From Isurus oxyrinchus (Eukaryota): a DNA stretch of 64,000 nt. Made by a program: the position numbers and the translations under genes. Location of the stretch: the NCBI GenBank assembly GCA_026770705.1, contig JANJGN010000042.1, positions 5,084,001 through 5,148,000 of the forward strand, given 5' to 3'. Below are positions 26,490 through 39,900 of the stretch, piece by piece (the stretch's first letter is position 1; each line of letters opens with the position of its first letter). A model generated the notes under the pieces. That model worked only from the letters and a program-made list of their open reading frames with translations. It had not been told where the DNA came from and did not search any database.

Positions 26490-27110
26490 ATGACTCAGGC
26501 TCTTTGTAGCATAAACAGATGCAGGGTCGATGTATTACAAACAGATATATGGGCTGGTGCAGTATTAACAAAGCTAGGGCCTGTTGTAATGGAAACAGAG
26601 ATAATCTAGTGCGGTGATAACAGAGACAGGACCCGGTGTAATATAAGCAAAGATATGTACTACTGCATTAATGGCAGAGATAGGTCCTAGTGTAAAGATA
26701 GAAGAAATAAGTCTTTGTTTAATCACAATGGATACAATACTTTGCACAATGATATCCAGTTTATCGCTAAGTGATTACTGTCAAATTTATCAATGTTAGG
26801 AACATGTTACTGTTGAAAATAGACGGGAACAATGTTCCCATAGTAAGAGCAGAGTATTAAATTGGATGGATAAGCAGGTTATTTTCTGGCTGGAACAGTG
26901 GCGGGAGTGAAGTGTAATAATTACCGAAATACGAGGCAATGCAATAAGAATGGACTCAGAGCCCAGTGTGATTACAGCAAAGGCATTGTTTAATTTTAGT
27001 GTAACGAGGACAGTGTTCGATCCAATACTAACAGCCGCAGGTTGCAGTGTATTACTGAACACATCACTGAATCCAGTGTGCTGAGAGCACAGTCGGCGTC
27101 TAGTGCATCA
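26490..27110 (+). repeat. Degenerate satellite arm (module B, inverted right arm)
   Basis: Begins ATGACTCAGG..GTAGCATAAA like 6813; units such as CTAGTGCGGTGATAACAGAGACAGG. Confidence 0.7.
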
Positions 27111-28133
27111 AAACCGAAGTTAAGGTGTCATACATTAGTGCATGTGATTCCGAAAACGTTGCAAATAAGTCGCCGAATAACAGAATCAAGGACCATTGAA
27201 CTCTGAATGGAATAAGGTTTGCGATGGGAACTTTGAACAGATCTTGTCCGTGTTGAATATTTGGCAACAATCTCAGTCGTGGCTGAGAATATTTGGGTTC
27301 CAGTCTCTCTCCAGTTAAAATCCTAGAACTCTCTCCCTAACAACACTGCAGGTGTACCTACACCATGTGGACTGCAGTGGTTCAAGAAGGCAGTTCACCA
27401 CCATCTTCTCAAGGGGAATATGGGATGGGCAATAAATGTTGGCCCAGCCAGCGAAGCTCGCATGCCGTGAATGAATGAGAAAAAGAGACTGGACCCCATA
27501 AACTGGGTGGGTTCTGCAGGTGTCAGTACAAATTCAAGTTTAATTGCTTTTAATTGGTCCTTCTGCCCAATATGTTCTTATAGTCAGAATCGATGAGAGA
27601 ATATAGCAGACAGAACAATCCTGTACAGTGTCCCTATCCAGCCAGACAGGGGTTCCTGCGACACAATCACACGTTTGACCAGCGCGTTCACTGAAAAACA
27701 ATTCTTCCAGTTAAATTAATGAAACAAGTGGCGATTACATGGCCCGGGCAGATTGGAGCCTGGTGTAATAATGATCACAGAGGCAGCCTGTAATGTATGA
27801 ATGACAGAGGCCGTTTTTACCGCTTGTACTCTTGTATTGAGCGAGGTAGATGAGCAAAGAAATCCGAATGTAATTGTACAGCAAACTGGAAGGAAGCAGT
27901 TGTGTTTTGGGGATAGTGCAGGCTCCTATGCAATGATGAGCGGGGGAGGGATTTGTGTGATAAGAAAGTCATGGAGATATCATGACAAAGGCCCGTTTGA
28001 CTGACTCCACCTGACTAAGAATGTTTATACCCAAGGGGGAGGCAATAAGGACATGGAGACTGCAGAGGTTCTGATATCTGAGCTGACACTGACGCACCTG
28101 ACAGAGGAACAGAAACGGATCTGTTCCTTCACA

Positions 28134-28312
28134 AAACAAAAACAGAATTAACTGGAAAAACTCAGCAGAACTAGTTCTGTCGAAGGGTCATGAGGACTCG
28201 AAACGTCAACTCTTTTCTTCTCCGCCGATGCTGCCAGACCTGCTGAGTTTTTCCAGGTAATTCTGTTTTTGTTTTGGATTTCCAGCATCCGCAGTTTTGT
28301 TTTGTTTTTATC
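28134..28312. mobile_element. Penelope-like terminal-repeat insertion with inverted end and a minimal hammerhead motif
   Basis: 14-bp TSD TCTGTTCCTTCACA (28120-28133 / 28313-28326); internal inverted repeat. Confidence 0.8.
28173..28211 (+). ncRNA. Minimal type-I hammerhead ribozyme-like motif (variant core CUGUCGA)
   Basis: AGUU-CUGUCGA-A-GGGUC(AUGAG)GACUC-GAAA-CG-UC/AACU: 4-bp helix I, 5-bp helix II, palindromic ACGU helix III, predicted cleavage after GUC at 28207. Confidence 0.6.
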
Positions 28313-28819
28313 TCTGTTCCTTCACAGTTTATCCTGCAGGTTTGGAGTTGCACAGAGGCACACGGGCCGAATCTGACAGCTCAAACAAACCGACATTTTC
28401 AATCTTCTGCTTGATTTTCATTGTGACTGATAAGGTCAAATAGCAAAATTTCCCCAGAGCAAAATTCTGTGCCACAGAGATTCAGGAGGTGGGGATTTTC
28501 TGATCAGAGTGCGATCCAGGGGCATTCACTTGGAGTTTATAAATGGAGTCTTGAAAGATACCTGACAATTATCAGCATTACACGTACAGACACTTTCAGA
28601 CGGCAGGATAAGCTCACCAGGTAAACTGTGTAATTATCACATTTTATTTGGGCCCAATAAAGGACAGAGGAGGTGCCGAAATGATACTGCAACAAGAAGA
28701 TACATAAAAACAGAGAGATAAACAGTAAGAAGAGCAGAAAATCATTAAAAAAAAGTCCTTAAACCTATTGTGCCTGTGTCGGCTCTTTAAAAGGTCTGTC
28801 CAATATTCCCCATAATGGT

Positions 28820-29940
28820 CAGGATATACAGGGGAAGGTGGCAGGTTGGATCCAAATTTGTCTCACGACAAGAAACAAAGAGTAATGGTCAATGGGTGTT
28901 TCTGCGAAAGGGAAACGTTCCCAGTGCTTTTCCACAACGCTCAGTGCTGGGCTCTTGCTGTTTGTTGTGTTTATTAATAACTTAAATTTAAATGTGAGAG
29001 GCATGATTGGGAAATTTGCAGATGACGCAAAACTTGGTCGTGTAGTGGAGAGACTAGCTGTGTGTTCCAAAATGACATGACTGGTTTGGTTGAGTAGACG
29101 AAGTGGCAAATGGGATTGAATCTGGAGAAGTGTGAGCTAATGCATTTGAGAGGGGGAGGGGACAAAGCAAAGGAATTCTTAATAAAGAGGAAGATATTGA
29201 GAGGCTGAGGAAGAGCGAGACCTTGGGGTGGATGTTCACAGCTCCCCAAAAGTTGGCGGGACAGGTGGACAAGGTGGTCAAGAAAACATATGCAATGTTT
29301 TCCTTTATTGGGCGAGGTGTTGAACAGAAAAGCAAAGATGTAATAATGGAACTGTGTAAAACGCTGGTTCAACTACAGCTGGAGCTTTGCGTACAATCCT
29401 GGTCACCACGTTACACGAAAGCATAATCGCTCGCAGAGAGCTTAGAGGAGATTTACAAGAACGTTGCCAGGGCTTGAAAATAGCAGATATGAGGAGAGAT
29501 TAGATATGCTAGGGCTGTTTTCCTTAGAACAGAGAAGGCTAAGGGGTGACATGATTCAGGTGTACAAAATGACGAGGGGCCTAGATAGGGCAGACAGGGA
29601 AGAGTTGTCTCTCGTCACTGAGCCGTCAGTTATCAGGGGGAACAGAGTTAAGGTGATTGGTAGACAGATTAGCGGGGACATGAGGAAAAATATTTTCACC
29701 AAGATGGTGGTTGACATCTGGAATTCACTGCATAAGTTGAGGGTTGAAGTAGAAACGGTCAACCCATTTAAAAGGCACCTGGATCTGCACCTGAACTGCT
29801 GTAACCTGCAAGGTTATGGACCAGGTGCTGGGAAGTGGGGTTAAAATGAGCGGCAAGTTTCTTTTATTTTTGGCCAGTGCAATCACAATGGGCTGAATGG
29901 CCTCTTTCTGCACCATAACTTTTCTAGGATTCTATGTTTC
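28820..29940 (+). mobile_element. CR1 LINE RT / 3' end
   Basis: KFADDAK, LFSLEQRRLRGD and WNSL motifs; GATTCTATG tail. Confidence 0.9.
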
Positions 29941-31116
29941 TATTATCTGACAGTTTTTAAGTTCTAAAGTATGTATACTCTTTCCAAAGTTGAATTCGCT
30001 TCTGCTATCATTTCAGGTTGTTCTTTCCAGCTCATGACAACTCACCGTGTTAAAAAAAATCAGTTCTAATCTCACCATCCAGTTGAATTAATCTGAATCT
30101 GTCATTTCTGATCACTGATTGTTGTGCCAGTTGAAACGGGCTCTCTTTATTTACTCCATCAAACCTTTAGTGATTTTGAACATGTGTATGAAAGAGATGT
30201 AGAGATGGAGAGAGATGCCAGAACTGACACAGAGCATAAAACTGAGTGAGGTTAAAGAGAAATAAGGAAGAGGCGGCATGAGAGGTAAATTGAGAAATAA
30301 AGCCAACAAGCAACACAGAGCAAATATCACAAAATATAAGGGAGCAAGCGGTCATTTCCCAGCTTTAGAGAACAGGGGAAGTTCAGTGAATGATCCACAG
30401 ACGCATCCAGTTATGTCTTGGAATGGCAACTCGAAATAGAAATAGATCACAGCAGCCCCATTTGTAAATCTCACCGCAATGTGATCTGTGTGATGCTGCA
30501 CTGACTCTGTGGCCAGATATAGGCCACCTTCACAGATGTTTCCACCAGATTGTGGCCCCTAGATTTATTTACTGCTCAGAAGTGAGATGTGTGGTTAGGA
30601 ACCAGCAGCAGAGAAACAGGAAGTGGTGTTACCTGAGAATGAAACAGCAGCCGTCAGTTTGATGTTATCACCATGAACAGTCTTCCTGCCTGTGAGGGTG
30701 AACTCACTCTGACAGCATCAAGAAGCCCAGCATAGATTGTTCCTAGTTTTTACATTGCATTCACCTCCATTCCCATATAAAAAACAAAACATATGAGTTT
30801 CTATTGGTTGTAGCATGTTTATTGAAGGTGGAGGTGGATTAAGGATTATCACTGGGAGAACAAAATAAAAAAAAATTAAACATCCTTCACGGATAACTCT
30901 TTGGGTAAAGAATGTTTTAAATGAATCATGTGTTGTCTGGTAAAGGGACAAGAGAGTTAAATGGCCTCTGTGTAAGAGCGGGGTTAAATAATTTATGTTG
31001 TGTCAGAGACAGTTTAAGTGATTAAGTTGCTGTTTTGGAAAGAAAAGAGGACAAGATGCTGAGCTGTTGAGAGAAAGAGAGAGAGACAGAGAGAGAGAGA
31101 TAAGAGATTAAATGTG

Positions 31117-31269
31117 NNNNNNNNNNNNNNNNNNNNNNNNNNNNNNNNNNNNNNNNNNNNNNNNNNNNNNNNNNNNNNNNNNNNNNNNNNNNNNNNNNNN
31201 NNNNNNNNNNNNNNNNNNNNNNNNNNNNNNNNNNNNNNNNNNNNNNNNNNNNNNNNNNNNNNNNNNNNN
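31117..31269. other. Assembly gap (153 N)
   Basis: Run of N between a GA-rich tract and the satellite. Confidence 1.
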
Positions 31270-32115
31270 TGTAGTCTTAAATGAGCTGTGGCCTAGTGTG
31301 TTGTAAACATAAACAGTGTTTGGATCAGTCTAACTGAGGAACATCCTTGTGTAATTTAAAAGCATTCCGGCTTGAAGGTGATAACTCAGACTAGCCTAAT
31401 TTAATAGAAATAGAGATATGGACTATTTTAATATTAGATGAAGTAGGTTCGGCTGTAACAGTAACAGTGACATTGTCTAAAGCAGAAAAACTGAGGCTGA
31501 ATCCACTGCAGCCATTACATATAAAGTAACTGGAGGAAAATACTTTCATACAGTGCCTAAGGGCAGTGATTGATGATTAAGGGTTTGATCAATATAAACG
31601 GAGACATGGTCAAGTGCACTGGCTGATGATGCAGGGTTTGATCAGTAACAACTGAGGCAGGGACTAGTGCAGTGATTGATGATACAGGGCCTAGATTAAT
31701 ATCAATTGAAACAGGACCTAGTGAAGGAATTACTTATTAAGCTCCTTGATGAATATAAACTGAGACGAGGTCCAGTAGCAGTCATTAGTGTAACAGGGTC
31801 TAGATTTAAATGAATTGAGGCATGGTAAAGTGCAGTGATTACTGATACAAGACCTAGACTGATATAAACTGGGACAGTGCCTAGTGCAGCGATGACTGTT
31901 ACTGTGCAGAGATTAATGTAAACTGAGACAATGCCTAGTGAATCAATTACTGATTAAGAGCCTTGGTGAATATAAACTGGGGCAGGGGCAAGTGCAGTGA
32001 TTACTGATGTAAGGCCTAGGTTGATATAAAGTGAGGGAGGGTCAAATTCTGTGAATACTGATACTGGACCTGGGTTAAAATGAACAGAACAGAATCTAGT
32101 GCCGCCATTACCAAT
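31270..32115 (+). repeat. Older degenerate part of the 54-bp satellite
   Basis: ATATAAACTGAGACAGG...CTAGTGCAGTGATTACTGATACA units. The array resumes at ~33990 after LINE insertions. Confidence 0.8.
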
Positions 32116-32119
32116 ACAT

Positions 32120-33560
32120 CACCTGACATAGGTGTACAACCTCATATCCCTCACATGCGAAGGGAACTGCATGCTGAGGGAGCTCAGGAATGCTCTGATT
32201 ATGAGTCTACTCAAGAAGGGAGACAAGTCTAATTGCAGTAACCCAAAAGAATCCCCTTTGCTGTCTTCCAGAAGGAAGATTATTGCAAGCATCCTCCTTA
32301 GTGACACACTTACCATGACCACAGAGCTCTTTACAGAGACGCAGTGACATTTTCACCCATCGAGAGGCACCATGATGTTCACTGTGTGGCAAATCAATGA
32401 GAAATGCCATGAGCAGTAGCAACAGCTGCACAAGGCCTTGCTCCGCATCACAATTATCTTTTCCTCTGCCGACGATTAAGACATATGGATTATCCCCTCA
32501 AATTTGGTGCCATCAGAAATTTTTCACCGTCCTCCATCTGTTCCACAAGGGATTGCAAGCCCTGATCCTCACCAGCGGAACCAGCACGGACCCTACCTCT
32601 GTGAAAACTGGGGTCAGACAGGCTTGTGTCACCGCACCAACCCTCTCCTCATTGTTTTCTCTATGTAATAGTTCACCTCACCTCCAGAAGATTACCCACA
32701 GGTGTGGAGATAATCTAGCAAACAGACAGGAAACTGTTGATCCTACACCACCTTCAATCCAAAACCAAAATCTCCCAGCATCATTCATTGAGCTTCAGTA
32801 ATCTTCTGGTTCTTGTGTGCACCCTTACTGAAAACTGAGCTCCAGTTTATTGCTGACAACTTCTTTGAAGGATATGAAAATATTGGCTTTCCATTAAACA
32901 CCCAGAAAGATAAGACTCACTTCCAAACAGCCCCCAGACCACAAAACCTCCCCCATTGGCAAGATCCTGAAAATGTGGATCTTCTTCAATACCTTCGGAG
33001 ACTCCTCTCTAGGAAGGCAGAAATAGGCAACAAAACTCATCATCGAGTCTAATGCAGAGGGCCAGCCTTTGGCCGACAGACGATCACGGTATTTGAGGAT
33101 TAGAATTCCAAACCCAAGTCTCTGGCCATGGTATACTGGGCAGCAGTGATCTCCAAGCACCTAAATGTTTCTGGACTTGGACAACGTCGAGTAGGCACCT
33201 CTAAGTTCTGAAGAATTAATACCAGCAGTGCCATTAGAAGGTTCTACAAACCCAATGTGAGGAAAGGCAGTCAGACAGCAGTGTCCTCTCTCAAACCAAC
33301 ATGCCCAACAGAGAGACCCTCATCACTCAATAGAGGCTCTGCTGGGTGGAACATATGGTTCGTATGCTGAACACAAAACTCCCAAAGTCATTAATCCACT
33401 TGGAACTCTGTCTCGGCAGGAGGCAAATAGAGTGCTTGAGGGATGTGCTCAAAGCATCCCAGAAATGTTCGAACATATCTGCCAGTTCATGGGGGTCCCT
33501 AGTTTGTGGCTGACCAAAATCAAAGAAGCTTACTGAGGAAGGCTGATGTCCACTAATATC
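32120..33560 (+). mobile_element. RTE-clade LINE RT fragment inserted in the satellite
   Basis: KKGDKSNCSN...LLS...KIIASILL, GVRQACVTAPTL and LCWVEHMVRM motifs. Confidence 0.8.
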
Positions 33561-33574
33561 CTTCAGGGGCGTCA

Positions 33575-33875
33575 CACCAGGGTCACTCAGCTCCTGATCC
33601 CATTACAGCCTTGGTCTAAACATGGACAAATGAGCTAAAATCTAAAGTTGAGGTGAAAGTAACAGCCTTTGATATGAAGGCAGCATCTGTCAGAGTGTGG
33701 CATCAAGGAGCAAAACTGGAGTCAATGGGAATCAGGGGGGAATCTCTCTGTTGGTCAGTGTCATCTGTAACACAGACGAAGCTGGTTGTGGTTGTTGGAG
33801 AATTAATCATCTCAGTTCCAGAACATCACTGCAGTTGTTAATTAGGTTAATGCCATAGGTCCAACCATCTTTAGC
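33575..33875 (+). mobile_element. CR1/L2-group LINE RT fragment
   Basis: Colinear with 12945-13220. Confidence 0.75.
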
Positions 33876-33989
33876 AGAGTCTGCAGATGGCGCATTGGGC
33901 CTAACAGCCAAATCAGAACATATCGAAGTGGCATGGCAGCATGTCATCCTCGATCCTGAGGGAATGCCTAAGAAGAAGGAGACAGTCTC

Positions 33990-36900
33990 TAGATGAATTT
34001 AAACCGAGACAGAACATAGTGCAGTGATTACTGATTCAGGTTCTAGATTAATCTGTACGTCTATTACAGAAACAGGGGTGAGATTGGTATTGACTAAAAT
34101 AGAGTCTAGTGCAGTAATAACTTAACAGACCCTAAGTATTATAAGCGGAGTAGGGGCATTGTGCAGTAATTATAGATACAGTACCTCGATTACTATAAAC
34201 TGAGACAGGACCTATTACAGTGCATGCTGATACAGGGCTTAGAATATAACAACCTGAGACAGCATCTACTACAGTGATTACAGACACAGGGCCTAGATTT
34301 ATATAAACTGAGACAGGGTTTGTTAGCGTAATTTCTGATACAGTGCCTCGGTTAATATAAGCTCAGACAGGGCCTATTCCATTGATTACTAATACAGGGC
34401 CGAGATTAATTTAAGCTACGACTGGATCTATTACAGAGAGTACTGATGCAAGGTAAAGATTCATATAAACTGAGGCAGGGTCTATTACAGTGATTCCTGA
34501 TACAGGGTCTATATTCATATAAATTGAGACAGGGTCAATCACAATGCTTATTGATACAGGCTCTAAATTAATATTGGCTGTGGGCAGGGTTTATTACAGT
34601 AATTACCAATACAATGTCTGTATTAATATAAAAAGAGACGTGGTCTATCACAGTGATTACTGATACAAGGTCTGTATTAATATAAAGTCTACTACACTGA
34701 TTATTGATACAAGGTATGGATTGATATCAGCTGAGGCTGTGCTTATCATGGTGACTACTCACACAAGTTTTGGATTAACATCTATTACAGTTGTCACTGA
34801 TGCATTGTCTGCGTTAGTATAAGCCGAGACGGGGTCTGTCACAGTTATTAATGATCAATGGTCTAGATTAATATGAACTTAGACAAGGTATATTACAGTG
34901 ATTAGTGATACAAATTATGTATTAATACAAACTGAGAAAGGGTCTATTACAATGATTACTGATACAAGTATGGATTCATATCAACTAATACAGGGCCGAT
35001 TACAGTGATTACTGAAACAAGGTCTGGATTAATATAAACAGGGACAAGATCTATTAAAGTGATTACTGATATATGGTATGGATTAGAATAACGTGACAGG
35101 GCCTGTTGCAATGATTTCTAATACCGGGTCTAGATTAATATAAACAGAGACAGGGTCTATTACAGTGATTACCAATACAAGATATGGATTGATATAAACT
35201 AAATCAGGGTCATCTTCAGTGATTACTGATGCAAGGTATGGATTAATAGCAAATGAGACAGGGTCTGTAACAGGGATTACTGTTACACTATATGGACTGA
35301 TGTAAACTGAGACAGGGTCTTTTACAATGATTACTGAGACAATGTCTGCATTAATATAAACTGAGACAGGGACTATTACAGTGATTTATGATACAAGTAT
35401 GGATTAATTTCAACAGAGTCAGGGTCATTACAGTGAATAATGATACAGGGTCTAGATGAATATAAACTGACACAGGGTCTCTTACACTGATTACTGATGC
35501 AAGGTATGGATTAACAAAAATATCAGACAGAGTTTATTACAGCGATTATTGATGCATTGTTTGGATTAAAATAATTGGAGACAGAGATATTACAGTAACT
35601 ATCAGTACAATGTCTTTATTAATATTTACTGGGACAGGGTCTATTACAGTGATTACTGAAGCAAGGCCTGGATTAATATAAAATGAGACAGGGTCTATTA
35701 CAGTGATTACTGATACAAGGCCTGGATTAATATAAAATGAGACAGGGTCTATTACAGTGATTACTGAAGCAAGGTATGAATTAATCACAACTGAGTCAGG
35801 GTCCATTACAGTGATTAATGATACAGGGTTTGGCTGAATATAAACTGAGGCAGGGACTATTACAGCGATGAGCAATGCAATGTATGGATTAATATCAACT
35901 GAGTCAGGGTCCATTACAGTGATTACTGATATGGCGTCTAGATCAATATAAACTGAGGAAGGGATTATTACAGTGATTACCGGTGCAAGGTATGGATTAA
36001 TATAAACTGAGTCATGGTATGTTACAGTGATTACTGATACAAGGAATGGATTCATAGCAACTGAGACAAGCTCGATTACAGTGATGACTGATGCAATGTC
36101 TGGGTTAATATAAACTTGGACAGGGTATATTCGAGTGATTACTGATACATGGTATCGATTAAAATTAACTGAGACAGGGTCTGTTACATTTATCAATGAT
36201 AATTGGTCCAAATGATTATAAACTGAGACAGGGTCTCTTCCAGTGATTACTGATGCAAGGTATGGATTAATAAAAAAATGAGACAGGGTTTATTACAGCG
36301 ATTATTGATGCATTGCATGGATTAAAAGAAACTGAGACAGAGTATACTACAGTAATTACCAATACTTATTAATATTAACTGAGACAGGATCTATTACAGT
36401 GATTACTGATACAAGGCCTGGATTAATATAAAATGAGACAGAGTCTATTACTGTTATTACCGATGCAAGGTATGGATTAATCATAAATGAGTCAGGGTCC
36501 AATACAGTGATTACTGATACAAGGTCCAGATGAATATAAACTGAGGCAGGGACTATAACAGCGATTAGCAATGCAATGTATGGATTAACATAAACTAAGA
36601 CAGGGTCTCTAACAGTGGTTACTGAAACAAGGTCTGTATTAATATAAACTAAGACAGAGTCTATTACTGTGATTAATGATACAAGGTATGGATTAATATC
36701 AACTGAGTCAGGGTCCATTACAGTGATTACTGATATGGGGTCTAGATCAATATAAACTGAGGAAGGGATTATTACAGTGATTACCGGTGCATGGTATGGA
36801 TTAATATAAACTGAGTCATGGCATGTTACAGTGATTACAGATACAAGGAATTGATACATGTCAACTGAGACAAGCTCGATTACAGTGATCACTGATGCAA

Positions 36901-39900
36901 TGACTGGGTTAATATAAACTTGGACAGGGTATATTCGAGTGATTACTGATACATGGTACCGATTAAAATTAACTGAGACAGGGTCTGTTACATTTATCAA
37001 GATTAATATAAACTGAGAGAAGGCCTAATACAGTGATTACCGATGCAAGGCATGGATTAATATCAACTGAGATCGGGTCTATTACAGTGATTACTAATAC
37101 AGGGTCTGGATTAATATAAACTGAAACAGGGTCTATTACAACGATTATTCAAACAGGGTCTAGATTAATATAAACTGAGTCAGCATCTATTAGACTAATT
37201 ACTAATTCACAGTTGGTATCAATATGAACTGAGACAGGGTCTATTACAGTGATTACTGATACAGGGTCTAGATTAATATAAATGGAGACAGTGTCAATCA
37301 GAATGATTATTGATATAGGATCTACATTAATATGGACTCAGGACAGCATCTATTTCAGTGAGTAATGATACAACTTATTGATTAATATAAACTGAGACAG
37401 GTACTATTACAGTAATTACCAAAGCAATGTCCGTATTTATATGAACTAAGGCAGGGTCTATTACACTGATTACTGATACAAGGCCTGCATTACTATAAAT
37501 GGAGACATAGTCTATTGCATTGATTACTGATAAAAGTCTTGGATTAACATAAACTGGAACAGGTTCTATTACATTAATTACCAATACAATGTCTCTATTA
37601 ATATAATCTGAGACAGGGTCTATTACAGTGTTTACACTGATCCAAGATATGGATTCATATCAACTGAGATAGAGGCTATTACAGTGATTCCTGATACAGG
37701 GTCTGTATTAATATAAAATGAGACAAGGCCTACTACAGTGATTACTGTTATATGGTATGAATTGAAATAAACTGAGACAGGGTCTCTTACAATGCTTACA
37801 GATACAGAGTCTGGATTAATTAAAACAGAGGCAGGCTCTATTACAGTGGTTGCCAAGAGAAGGCTTTGATGGATCTAAACTGAGTCAGGGCCTACTTCAG
37901 TGATTACTGATACAAGATATCAATTAATTTCAACTGAGACAGGGTCTGTTGCAATGATTAATGTTGCAATGCATGGATTGATTTAAACCGGACAGGGTCT
38001 TTTACAGTGATTAGTGAGACAAGTTCAGTGTTAATATAAACTGAGACAGGATCTCTTTCAGTGGTTACTGATCCAAGGTATGGATTAAAATAAACTGGGA
38101 CAGTATCTGTTACAGTTATTACTGATACATGGACTAGATTCAGGTAAATAGAGACCATGTCTCTTTCAGTGATTAATAATACAAGGTCTGGATTGATATA
38201 AATTGAGACAGAGTCTATTCCCGTCATTATCGAGACTAGATCTGTGCTAATATAGATTTAGTCAGCATCTACTTCAGTGATTATTGATACAAGGTATTGA
38301 TTCATATCACTGAGACAGGGTCTGTTACAGTGGTTATTGTTAAAATATTTGGATTGATATAAACTGAAATAAGGTCTTTTACTGTCATTAATGATACAAG
38401 GCCTGTATTAATATAAAATGAAACATGGTCCATTACAGTGATTACTGATACAAGGTATGGATTAAAATAAAGTGAGACAAGGTCTGTTAGATTTATTATT
38501 GATACATGGTATGGATTATAAGAAACTGAGACAGGGTCTATTACAGTGATCACCAATACAAGACCTGGATTGAAATAAACTGAGATAGGGTCTATTCCAG
38601 CCATTACCGAGACAAGGTCAGTATTGATATAAACTGAGTCGGGGTCTACTTCAGTGATCACTGATTCAAGGTATTAATTAATAACAACACAGACAGGGTC
38701 TGTTCTAGCGATTACTATAACAATGTATGGATTGATATAAACTGAGTCAGGGTCTTTTACACTGATTACTGAGACAAGGTCTGTGCTAATGTAAAGTGAG
38801 ACAGGGTTTGCTGATACAAGGTATGGATTAATTTGAACTGAGGCAGGGCCTATTACAGTGATCATTAATACAGGGTATCAATTTACATAAACTGAGGCAG
38901 GGTTTATTACAGTGACTACTGATACAAGTTATTGTTTCATATCAACTAAGACAGGGTCTATTGCAGTGATTACTAATGCAGGGTATGGGGAAAATATGTA
39001 CTGAGACAGAGTCAATTACAATGATAACTGATACATGGTGTGAATTAAGATTAGCAGAGACATGATCTATTACAGTGATTACCAACCCAAGGCCTGTATT
39101 GATATAAACTGAGCCACAGTCTACTTCAGTGGTCACTGATACAATGCATTGATTAATATCAACAGAGACAGGGTCTGTTACACTGATTACTGTTACAATG
39201 TATGGATTGAAATAAACCTAAAGAGGGTGTTACACAGTGACTAATGATATAATGTCTGCATTAATATAAATGGAGATAGGGTCTCTTTTAGTGGTGACTG
39301 ATACAAGGCATGGATTAACATCAACTGAGGTAGGGTCTATTACAGTAATTACTAATACGGGGCCTAGATTAATATCAACTGAGGGAAGGCCTATTTCAAT
39401 GATTACTGTTACAATGTATGGATTACTATAGACGTACAAAGGGTCTATTTCAGTGATTACTATACATGGCCTGTATTAGTATATACTGAGGCAGGGTCTC
39501 TTTCAGTGGTTACTGATACAATGCATTGATTAATATCAACAGCGACAGGGTCTGTTACAGTGAATACTGTTACAATGTATGGATTGAAATAAACTTAAAG
39601 AGGGTCTTATACAGTGACTAATGATATAATGTCTGCATTAATATAAATGGAGATAGGGTCTCTTTTAGTGGTGACTGATACAAGTATGGATTAATATCAA
39701 CTGAGGCAGGATCCATTACAGTAATTACTAATACGGGGCCTAGATTAATATAAAATGAGGGAAGGCCTATTTCAATGATTACTGTTACAATGTATGGATT
39801 ACTATAGACGTACAAAGGGTCTATTTCAGTGATTACTATACATGGCCTGTATTAGTATATACTGAGGCAGGGTCTCTTTCAGTGGTTACTGATACAATGC

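Noticed and set aside
33877-33895. CTCF-like GAGTCTGCAGATGGCGCAT
   Set aside because: Partial match at a LINE junction, without the U motif or the shared module flanks; may be chance.
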